Notes: generated by a model not told the origin, from the sequence alone. A DNA stretch of 58,028 nt from Eubacteriales bacterium (GCA_045636665.1 JAZTXY010000130.1:1-58028); one strand, 5' to 3'. Numbered from the stretch's first letter, positions 1 to 7,346 are shown. Program-made: numbers and translations.

Positions 1-274
1 AGAAAAGAAGGACAAAGATATTTCTAAGTTCATTAATGAAGTTTGTTTGCCTAATATGCTTATAAAATTAAGACAAGGTGCAGGTAGATTGATAAGAACA
101 GAAAAGGACACCGGTGTTATCACAATACTTGATTCCCGTGCATCCAAGAATGGAAAATATCATATTAACGTATATAATGCGCTGAAAAAGTATCCGCTTA
201 TAAATTCTGTAAGGGATGTCGAATATTTTATGAGAGGCATTAAGGATGAATCTTATTTTGGAGAGCAAGAATGA
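1..274 (+). CDS. DinG-family ATP-dependent helicase, C-terminal fragment (5' truncated by window edge)
   Basis: Frame is open from position 2 (EKKDKDISKF...). KLRQGAGRLIRTEKDTGVITILDSR is the DinG/Rad3 helicase motif VI region. Confidence 0.85.
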   Translation, partial: EKKDKDISKFINEVCLPNMLIKLRQGAGRLIRTEKDTGVITILDSRASKNGKYHINVYNALKKYPLINSVRDVEYFMRGIKDESYFGEQE

Positions 275-606
275 ACGAAAAGTGTAAAAGATATCGCGAT
301 TGTACGTTGCTGCTTCGATATACCGAGGATGAAAAATCATATATAGTAAACAGCGCAAACAAAAGGAAAATGTCTGTAAGTAATTATATTTTAGAAACGA
401 TTCTGCAATCAAAGAAAAGCCGAGCAGAGGATTTTGTCCCTTTGCTTCGGCTTTTAAGAGATATTAATAAAATAATATCAAATGTTGCGTTTGATTACGA
501 ATCAAACGACGAGGTGACTTTTGCTCTTTATGAAATTCAAAACATGCAAATAGAATTATTGCAACAGGTTCACAAATTACAAAAAACAGATCAACGGGAG
601 TATTAA
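271..606 (+). CDS. MobC-like ribbon-helix-helix mobilisation/relaxosome accessory protein
   Basis: LLLRYTEDEKSYIVNSANKRKMSVSNYILE fits the RHH pattern, followed by a LRDINKIISN helix. ATGA overlap with the dinG stop. Confidence 0.6.
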   Translation: MNEKCKRYRDCTLLLRYTEDEKSYIVNSANKRKMSVSNYILETILQSKKSRAEDFVPLLRLLRDINKIISNVAFDYESNDEVTFALYEIQNMQIELLQQVHKLQKTDQREY

Positions 607-909
607 ATGGACTATACTGATTATTTGATAGCTCTAAGCGATTATCCCTTTGCATTACGTGTGACGGAAGTTGCCGAAGTGTTACGGGTGAGCAAATTTC
701 TTGTATATAGGATGATAAATGAGCACCAACTGATGGCAATAACCGTAGGGAGAGAAAAAAGGATATCAAAATCCGAACTTATTCATTTTATACAGACAGG
801 TAAAAGTTTATATACGAACCCTGAAATGGTTTTAGTTGATAAATCTGTCGAAAATAGCTGGACTTTGGAAAAGGTTTGTGATATGTGTTGTCTTACCGAA
901 AATACATAA
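607..909 (+). CDS. Excisionase-like HTH DNA-binding protein
   Basis: ALRVTEVAEVLRVSKFLVYRMINEHQLMAITVGREKRISKSELIHFI is a Xis/HTH_17-type pattern. GGGAG RBS. Confidence 0.8.
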   Translation: MDYTDYLIALSDYPFALRVTEVAEVLRVSKFLVYRMINEHQLMAITVGREKRISKSELIHFIQTGKSLYTNPEMVLVDKSVENSWTLEKVCDMCCLTENT

Positions 910-938
910 CGGTAATTACAACGAAAGGAAGATTATTT

Positions 939-1373
939 ATGAATGAACAATGTGTTCAACTCAACGCATCGATTTATCCCAAAAGCGGGAATTTGTATGC
1001 AGTAATACACTATCGATACAACGGTCAGCGGCATATAAAATGGCGAAAGTTATGCTTGAAGGAAAACGCTTCACGCGAAGAAATGCATAGCAGATTCGTT
1101 GATGTGGTACAAAGATTTAAAACAAGTGAACTGATGCCAATGTTAAAGGGCGAATCCCATTTAGAAAGAAAACACCAAAAAGAGTCACCGAGAGCTTGGA
1201 CTGTAATACAAGCCGCAAAGTACTTGTCGGTAAGCGAAAAGACAGTTTATACAATGCTTAAGAAAGGAATTCTTAACGGATTGAAAATAAAAGGCAAGTG
1301 GCATATTCCAAATCGATCAGTGTACACGTTGGAAAATAACGGCAATGAACAAAAACGGGGGTGCTTGCAATGA
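939..1373 (+). CDS. Protein with integrase-N-terminal-like domain fused to an excisionase-like HTH
   Basis: ATG at 939 follows a GAAAGGA RBS. The C-terminal WTVIQAAKYLSVSEKTVYTMLKKGILNGLKIKGKWHIP is HTH_17-like, and the N-terminus resembles that of the adjacent integrase. Confidence 0.75.
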   Translation: MNEQCVQLNASIYPKSGNLYAVIHYRYNGQRHIKWRKLCLKENASREEMHSRFVDVVQRFKTSELMPMLKGESHLERKHQKESPRAWTVIQAAKYLSVSEKTVYTMLKKGILNGLKIKGKWHIPNRSVYTLENNGNEQKRGCLQ

Positions 1374-2569
1374 AAGAACAAAAGACGTCCGAAATATCAT
1401 CCTCGAGCGTACATGCGAAAAACGGCAAGTTATACGCGGTTATTCAGTACATCATAGACGGAAAAAGAAAATATGCTTGGCGTTCGCTTGGACTTGAGGA
1501 GGGGGCTTCACAAAGCAAAATTAAGAAAGCCCAAAGAGAAGCAGAACTGATATTCGCAAACGAACTATCCTCTATTGCTCCAAGTGAAAATGCCATATGT
1601 AACATGAAAGTATATGATTATATGCAAATGTGGTATGCCAAAAATGAGTGTAAGCTACAGCTTAATACTCGGCGCGGTTACATTGGAATGATCGAAGGAC
1701 GGATAAAGACATATTTTTGTGCTAACCCAAAGATAACCGTGGGGACACTGAATAAAAAACATATAGATGCTTTTTATGAATACATGTCCAACGACGGCTT
1801 ATGTCCCAATTCCATTATCAGATATCATGCGATATTAAGGAAAGCGTTCAGTCAAGCGTATAAGGATGACCACATAGAAACAAATCCGTTTGATAAGGTA
1901 GACAGACCTCGAAAAAACAAATTCGTAGGAAGCAGTTATTCCGAAGAAGAATGGAAAAGATTATTGGAACTGGCACGCACTGAAAATATATACCCTCCAA
2001 TAGTATTAGCAGCTTGTATGGGATTGCGAAGAAGCGAAGCGTTGGGTGTGCGGTGGTCAAGAATCAATTGGGCGGACAGTACTGTGCTTCTCGATACGAA
2101 AATCGTAGAATGCAGTGAAAATGGCAAGAAAATATTGATCCCGGTTGAAGAAATGAAAAACAAAACAAGCCGCAGAACCCTGTATCTGCCCCCGATGGTT
2201 GTCGAAATGTTAAAAGAAGAAAAAGCGAAACAAGATCTGTATAGGAATTTATTCAGAAGTAGTTATGGCACCGAATATGAAGATTATGTATGTGTAAATC
2301 AACTCGGTGAACTGATGAAACCGTCATATCTCACGCAACGCTTTGCAGTAGTATTAGAAAAACTTGGAATGAGGCATATAAGATTTCACGACCTTCGTCA
2401 TACCTTCGCAAGTATATTAATCAATAAGCAGGTTCCACTTATAAACGTGTCAAACTTTCTTGGCCATTCCGACATATCCACAACGGCAAACATATATGCA
2501 CACCTTGATTCTACTAATAAAATGGCAACTGCAAATGTAATAGCAACGGTGTTTGAGGAGGTGGAATAA
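1370..2569 (+). CDS. Tyrosine recombinase / site-specific integrase
   Basis: Catalytic motifs GLRRSEA, RFHDLRHT and LGHSDISTTANIY; ~400 aa. ATGA overlap with the upstream gene. Confidence 0.95.
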   Translation: MKEQKTSEISSSSVHAKNGKLYAVIQYIIDGKRKYAWRSLGLEEGASQSKIKKAQREAELIFANELSSIAPSENAICNMKVYDYMQMWYAKNECKLQLNTRRGYIGMIEGRIKTYFCANPKITVGTLNKKHIDAFYEYMSNDGLCPNSIIRYHAILRKAFSQAYKDDHIETNPFDKVDRPRKNKFVGSSYSEEEWKRLLELARTENIYPPIVLAACMGLRRSEALGVRWSRINWADSTVLLDTKIVECSENGKKILIPVEEMKNKTSRRTLYLPPMVVEMLKEEKAKQDLYRNLFRSSYGTEYEDYVCVNQLGELMKPSYLTQRFAVVLEKLGMRHIRFHDLRHTFASILINKQVPLINVSNFLGHSDISTTANIYAHLDSTNKMATANVIATVFEEVE

Positions 2570-2572
2570 GAT

Positions 2573-3124
2573 ATGGCATACGATTCGGAGAAAACATATA
2601 TGAGTGGTGAAGAATTATATAAGTTCCTACATATCTCCAAACGAAAGATGCGGTACTTGATCATCAACGGATATATACCTTCAATAGATACCGGAAAGAA
2701 AACGCATCGATATAAAGTAAATCGAGCGGATGCTATACGATTTAAAAAGCAAATAGAAAAACACCCCGATATACTTATGGAGATAAAAGGTATGTTTGGT
2801 TGTACACCTCCCAAACGGTTAATCGAACCAACAGAATATAATAGCCAACGCTTCAAGCAATATCTAACACAACTGTGGAAAGATGAGCCGGATGCATTAA
2901 CCACTAAAAGAGCAGCCGAGCTTATAGGAGTAGATTATCGCAGGATAGACGGATTATGTAGAAATTCAAAAATAGTGTCAGCAAAGATCGGTAGCCGTTT
3001 CATATGTGTAAAAACAAGCTTCATTGAGTATTGTGCTTCGAAAGAAATGCTTGTAAAACATCAACTGACGGATATCTTTGAAGAGATTGTGTTGGGACAT
3101 ATAAATCAAAACAATAAGTGCTAA
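2573..3124 (+). CDS. Protein with two excisionase-like HTH domains
   Basis: N-terminal MSGEELYKFLHISKRKMRYLIINGYIP and C-terminal DALTTKRAAELIGVDYRRIDGLCRNSKIVSAKIGSRF. Confidence 0.7.
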   Translation: MAYDSEKTYMSGEELYKFLHISKRKMRYLIINGYIPSIDTGKKTHRYKVNRADAIRFKKQIEKHPDILMEIKGMFGCTPPKRLIEPTEYNSQRFKQYLTQLWKDEPDALTTKRAAELIGVDYRRIDGLCRNSKIVSAKIGSRFICVKTSFIEYCASKEMLVKHQLTDIFEEIVLGHINQNNKC

Positions 3125-3205
3125 ACTCAACGTTTGGCGCTTATTGTTTTATGGTATTTTACCTATATTAATAGCAACGGATTCATCTTTTTCTTGTGAA
3201 ATAAA
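3105..3205. repeat. Palindromic ~100-bp direct repeat, copy 1
   Basis: ATCAAAACAATAAGTGCTAAAC-TCAAC-GTTTGGCGCTTATTGTTTT hairpin plus tail TAATAG..CGGATTCATCTT..TTGTGAAA; matches 5430-5523. Confidence 0.85.
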
Positions 3206-3946
3206 ACCGCAGTTTGTTTTATGCGTTTTTGTATTTTCAAATCCTCATCTATCCATATTGGATAATTCTGCAATGTTTTTATAAGCTATTGCATAAAAAT
3301 ATTTTGAAATGTTGCAATTTTTATACTACAGCTGCGTTAAGAAGCACTTTGGTTAAGAGTTTATGCTCGTGGCGAAGTTGATTGTCGAAGTGATGAGCTC
3401 GGAGCAATGGCTGCAAATATCAAAAGGAGGATGCGTTGCTATGAAGACTATCCCCTAAAAATGGGATTTTAATGAGACAAAAATGAGATTTTTTTGGGAT
3501 GAAAAGTCAATGATAATAGTGTATTCTATTATTGTTCTTATTTGCCTCTTAAACAAAATCGAATATAAAAATATATCTATAATATTGAATACGACAACTA
3601 GAAAATTTTTATAACGACGCTTTATAGATAAATATGAAAATGCGTTGTTTAGACAAAACTGCATACATAACTATATTCTAAAAATACGCAAAAGGTGACA
3701 CGAAGATGCGAGAAAAAAACTTTAAAATTCCCCAAAAGGCCAAACTCTTGATTCGCTCTAATCAAGAGTGTTTAATAGAGGCTATTCATTTTAAAACTCA
3801 ACTGATAACTTTAAAAGAACGCGAAAAGGTATACAATACGGTTTCTGTAAAAAATGTGGAATTTGATTTTTCGAATTTTGTCCCAGAGGAAATTGTAACT
3901 TTTTGGAGAAAGTTTGAACAATAGACTGTACTTTTACTCTATTTTA

Positions 3947-3955
3947 TGATATAAT
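3947..3955 (+). promoter_or_regulatory. Extended -10 promoter element for the TIR operon
   Basis: TGATATAAT (TGnTATAAT) lies about 35 bp upstream of the start codon. Confidence 0.6.
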
Positions 3956-3988
3956 GTGAAAAAGATGTTTATCATAGCGGAGGTGTAC

Positions 3989-4678
3989 ATGGGTCACAAA
4001 ATATTCGTTTCTTATAAATACGCTGACTCCGATGTTAAGAATATAAGTGGTAATTACTACTCTGCAGACACTGTTCGTACTTATGTGGATAAACTTGCTG
4101 ACTATATTTCTGAAACTTCGGATCACATCTATAAAGGTGAGGACGACGGTGAGGACTTGTCAAAACTTTCCGATGATACAATCTGGAAAAACCTGAAGGA
4201 TAGAATCTACGATAGCACTCTTACCATTGTGATGATATCTCCTGGAATGAGAGAAACATGGAAAGTGGATCGAGATCAGTGGATACCCTGGGAAATTTCA
4301 TATTCACTAAAAGAAGTCTCTCGAAAAAATAGTAGCGGAAGAATGGTTTCGAGCTTCAGCAATGCTATGCTTGCGATTGTTCTCCCAGACAGACAAGGAA
4401 GTTATAGTTACTACACCTATGACAATGCTTGTTGCACATCTAAATGTACGACCTTAAAAACGGATATTCTGTTCAAAATATTGCGTAGTAATATGTTTAA
4501 TATCAAAGATCCGGATTCTAATGTGTGTAGCAACAACTCAAAAATCTATCACGGCGACAGTAGTTACATCACTTCTGTCAAGTGGGAGAATTTTGTAAAG
4601 GATCCCGAAAGCTATATCCAAAAAGCTTACGATATTCAAAGCAAGATTGAACAATATGATATTACCAAAGATGTGTAA
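3989..4678 (+). CDS. ThsB-like (MTH538/DUF1863-type) TIR-domain protein
   Basis: KIFVSYKY, YKGEDDGEDLS, LKDRIYDSTLTIVMIS and WIPWEISYSL (catalytic Glu position retained). GGAGGTG RBS before ATG 3989. Confidence 0.85.
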   Translation: MGHKIFVSYKYADSDVKNISGNYYSADTVRTYVDKLADYISETSDHIYKGEDDGEDLSKLSDDTIWKNLKDRIYDSTLTIVMISPGMRETWKVDRDQWIPWEISYSLKEVSRKNSSGRMVSSFSNAMLAIVLPDRQGSYSYYTYDNACCTSKCTTLKTDILFKILRSNMFNIKDPDSNVCSNNSKIYHGDSSYITSVKWENFVKDPESYIQKAYDIQSKIEQYDITKDV

Positions 4679-4684
4679 GGCGGT

Positions 4685-5122
4685 ATGACCATGGAATTTA
4701 ACGAAAATCAAGTAAAGCATCTGGAATTTATCCAATCCAACATATCGAGAATGAACCAGTGTTCTTTTCAAATGAAAGGATGGATGCTTACCATTGTTTC
4801 GGCATTACTGGCGCTTTATGCGGGATCTATTAACGCAGAAACTGGAAACGGCACAAACATGTTTATCTATATAGCTATTGTGCCTACCCTTATTTTCTGG
4901 TTCTTGGATTCATTCTATTTGCAACAGGAAAGAAAATTCAGAGGAATATACAACGACCTCATCAATCCTGAAAAACAAGGTCAAATAAAACCGTTTGAAA
5001 TGCCCCTCAATAGATATGACGGATGCAACTACTGCTTTTTCCATATTATGTGGTCAACGACCGAATTCTTATTGTATGTGCCCATCATAGTAGGGCTTGT
5101 AGTTGCTGGAATTCTGTTGTGA
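4685..5122 (+). CDS. Small 3-TM membrane protein, putative effector co-transcribed with the TIR gene
   Basis: KHLEFIQSNISRMNQCSFQMKGW, then hydrophobic segments, FWFLDSFYLQQERKFR and a C-terminal TM. Starts 6 bp after the TIR stop. Confidence 0.75.
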   Translation: MTMEFNENQVKHLEFIQSNISRMNQCSFQMKGWMLTIVSALLALYAGSINAETGNGTNMFIYIAIVPTLIFWFLDSFYLQQERKFRGIYNDLINPEKQGQIKPFEMPLNRYDGCNYCFFHIMWSTTEFLLYVPIIVGLVVAGILL

Positions 5123-5127
5123 GTATG

Positions 5128-5429
5128 CAGCTGGTGATTTATAGAACTGTTTACTCGGTCAAATATCTCCAAGCGTTTTTCTTCGAAAAACACCTTTCGT
5201 CGATACTTTAGCGCAAATACTATATGATACTTGCAATTCCATTTCGTGTGTGCTAAACTATTGCTGGCGTTAAAATTGACTTTTTTCAAACATTTAAATG
5301 TCCTCCGATTGTGTTTTTTTGTTTTGACTGGCAGGTCTTTTCTAATTTAGCACAATCGGAGTTTTTCTGTTTATATGCATAGGCATTAGCCATAATTGAA
5401 CCCCGCCACTATGGCGGGGTTTTCTTATA
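5128..5429 (-). mobile_element. Internally deleted IS200-like element
   Basis: End hairpin AACCCCGCCA-CTA-TGGCGGGGTT (5399-5421), RBS-sequestering inverted repeat CTCCGATTGTG/CACAATCGGAG (5303-5361) and the tnpA fragment. The distal end is approximate. Confidence 0.7.
5163..5293 (-). pseudogene. tnpA: IS200/IS605-family transposase TnpA, N-terminal fragment
   Basis: NSLAHTKWNCKYHIVFALKYRRKVF is the typical IS200 TnpA N-terminus. Similarity ends after ~42 codons, and the RBS-adjacent ATG (5293) is out of frame with the motif. Confidence 0.85.
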
Positions 5430-5523
5430 CATCAAAACAATAAACGCCAAACTCGACGTTTAGCGCTTATTGTTTTGATGCATTTAATAGAAGCGGATTC
5501 ATCTTATTTTTTGTGAAAAAACA
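5430..5523. repeat. Palindromic ~100-bp direct repeat, copy 2
   Basis: CATCAAAACAATAAACGCCAAAC-TCGAC-GTTTAGCGCTTATTGTTTTGATG plus tail TAATAG..CGGATTCATCTT..TTGTGAAA; matches 3105-3205. Confidence 0.85.
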
Positions 5524-5536
5524 CATTTTACTTTAA

Positions 5537-5668
5537 GGCGTACCGACAAAGCAGATCCAGGAATGGCTCGGACATAGCGATATGAGCACCACGGCTAATA
5601 TCTATAGCCACCTCGATGCCGTAACGAAAGCAGATACCGGCGCCGCGATGAGTAAGGCGTTGGGATAA
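5537..5668 (+). pseudogene. C-terminal remnant of a second tyrosine integrase
   Basis: Manual translation GVPTKQIQEWLGHSDMSTTANIYSHLDAVTKADTGAAMSKALG* contains the LGH...Y catalytic box. No start codon or upstream part. Confidence 0.9.
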
Positions 5669-5675
5669 AAACAAT

Positions 5676-5707
5676 CAAACGAGCTTCCAATTATGGAAGC
5701 TCGTTTG
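5676..5707. terminator. Hairpin terminator between the convergent integrase stump and HEPN-like gene
   Basis: CAAACGAGCTTCCA-ATTA-TGGAAGCTCGTTTG perfect inverted repeat. Confidence 0.7.
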
Positions 5708-5710
5708 CAT

Positions 5711-6814
5711 TTAGGATTTGCACAATACTTGAAGATATTTCGAGCAAGTATTTATTATGTTTTTTTGTTCTGGTTGTTTTATCTTTGCATCGATAAACAA
5801 AGCATATAGATTTCCTGTGTCAAAATGGATTATATAAATTGCTCGAATTAACTTTTGCCCATATAAATCTATTACGTGTGAAGAAGAAATTTTATCTGCT
5901 GCTTCTTTTTTTATTTCTAAAGCAAAGTCTTTTAATCGTTGTTTATATGCGTTTCCGTAGTATAAGACTTTTATTGGTCCAGCATTGTTTTTAAAATGCA
6001 TTACAAGAAGCTCTTTGCATAGAGGTATAAAAAGGTGTGTAAAGTTTAGTGGAAATTCAGCTTGCTCGACATATTCTTTGCTAAATTCGCTCTCGGTTGA
6101 TATAAGGTGTATGTTATCTTCATCGTCGAATTCATTTGCAGCACTAATAAGAAATGCACAAGAGTCTAACAATGATTCATTTATATGAATCTGCATAATT
6201 CTCTCGAAAATATTAAGTATACAACTCATAAATTGTGAAATGTAAGGTCGAACTTCAATATATTCATCTTGAGCCCTTAGATGATCAATTTCAGGTTTTT
6301 TCCATTCGTCAAAATTATTAAGCAAATTATCTCGATTCATTAAAATTCGATAGTCTTTGTTTCCTTGGGGATCAAGATAACTAGTAATTCTTGAAATAAT
6401 AGAGCCACAGTGTTGATCATAATTCCTCAAACGATACATAATGCGATATTCCATATGATTTTCGTATTCATTGGCTTGAGCATCTTTGTACAACTTAAAT
6501 TCAAAGGATTTATTACCGTATTTTCGTTTTAACTCTGTTTCCCAATTGTCAATTAGTTTTTTGAATTCGAATAAGAATTGAGAAAGTTTATTTTGAATTG
6601 TCTGAGCTGCTGTTGTTTCCAATTCAGTGGATAAATTAAAGATTGCATCGGTTAATTCTTTATGTGCATTCAAAACAGGGGTTATCCTGTTTTTATCAAT
6701 AAGCATCTTTGATATTTTTTGCACATGAGGCTCTAAGGTATTATACTCTGTGCTTGTTGCATCTCTTAAAATGTTTATTTGACCTTCTTTGATGTTTGCA
6801 AAGTAATGGTACAT
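5711..6814 (-). CDS. Hypothetical protein with HEPN-like RxxxxH motif
   Basis: Long AT-rich ORF with a helical N-half containing YRIMYRLRNYDQHCG. A GGAGG RBS places the start at 6814 (MYHYF). Confidence 0.65.
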   Translation of the reverse strand: MYHYFANIKEGQINILRDATSTEYNTLEPHVQKISKMLIDKNRITPVLNAHKELTDAIFNLSTELETTAAQTIQNKLSQFLFEFKKLIDNWETELKRKYGNKSFEFKLYKDAQANEYENHMEYRIMYRLRNYDQHCGSIISRITSYLDPQGNKDYRILMNRDNLLNNFDEWKKPEIDHLRAQDEYIEVRPYISQFMSCILNIFERIMQIHINESLLDSCAFLISAANEFDDEDNIHLISTESEFSKEYVEQAEFPLNFTHLFIPLCKELLVMHFKNNAGPIKVLYYGNAYKQRLKDFALEIKKEAADKISSSHVIDLYGQKLIRAIYIIHFDTGNLYALFIDAKIKQPEQKNIINTCSKYLQVLCKS

Positions 6815-6897
6815 TATTGCCTCCATAGTTCAGTAAAAATACAAAAGCCGCAGAACACCTAAGTCCTGCGGCTGCTTTTCGCGGCAGATGCCGCATT

Positions 6898-6988
6898 TGG
6901 CGCAGAGGGAGGGATTCGAACCCTCGTGTGGTTTAACCCACAAACTGATTTCGAGTCAGCCCCGTTATGACCGCTTCGATACCTCTGC
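6898..6988 (-). tRNA. tRNA-Ser(CGA)
   Basis: Reverse complement GCAGAGG...GCTGA-CT-CGA-AA-TCAGT, long variable arm, GGTTCGAATCC T-arm, CCTCTGC-G-CCA end. Confidence 0.97.
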
Positions 6989-7000
6989 GTATATTAAATA

Positions 7001-7029
7001 TATTAGAATTTTATTAGAAATTTATTAGA
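7001..7029. repeat. Three TATTAGA direct repeats at 11-bp period (arm-type site-like)
   Basis: TATTAGA at 7001, 7012 and 7023. Confidence 0.6.
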
Positions 7030-7117
7030 TAAGGCGATTTTGGTGGTTTGCTAAATATGCAAAAGTTTGCTTGTTGCAAGGGATTTCGCCGTTAGAATTT
7101 CCAAAGCACAACTCGGT

Positions 7118-7157
7118 TTTCGAGTCAGCCCCGTTATGACCGCTTCGATACCTCTGC
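7118..7157 (-). repeat. Exact 40-bp duplicate of the 5' half of tRNA-Ser (att-like core)
   Basis: Identical to 6949-6988 (5' end through the anticodon loop). Confidence 0.92.
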
Positions 7158-7213
7158 ATAGTTTATATTATATTGGATTGTTATCTTTATTATGTTTCGT
7201 TATGCGGGTCTAC

Positions 7214-7346
7214 GCCCCGTTATGTCCGGTTTGCGGTGCCCGAAATTCTTCGCTCGCTTTTCGCTCGCATAATTTCGACCGCTGCACGAACTCGTCCTCG
7301 CTTCTTCACCCACCGGGTGCGCTCGGCCTCGTTCCCGCTTCGATAC
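7214..7346 (-). other. Third tRNA-Ser 5' fragment interrupted in the D-loop by a 110-bp structured insert
   Basis: GCCCCGTTATG (7214-7224) and CCGCTTCGATAC (7335-7346) are separated by a single A in the tRNA but by 7225-7334 here. Confidence 0.75.

Larger units (their letters stand above)
1..6897. mobile_element. Composite integrative island (right part) adjoining the 3' end of tRNA-Ser(CGA)
   Basis: Visibly AT-rich relative to the backbone. Contains an intact tyrosine integrase, several excisionase-like HTH genes, a MobC-like gene, an IS200 remnant, a second integrase stump and defence-like cargo. Ends at a tRNA; the left boundary is not in the window. Confidence 0.8.

Noticed and set aside
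1..274. DinG as a marker of type IV CRISPR-Cas
   Set aside because: No csf/cas genes or array in the window; upstream context is not visible.
6949..7346. Repeated tRNA-like segments as a possible CRISPR array
   Set aside because: The repeats are tRNA-Ser pieces of unequal length with irregular spacing, and no cas genes are present.
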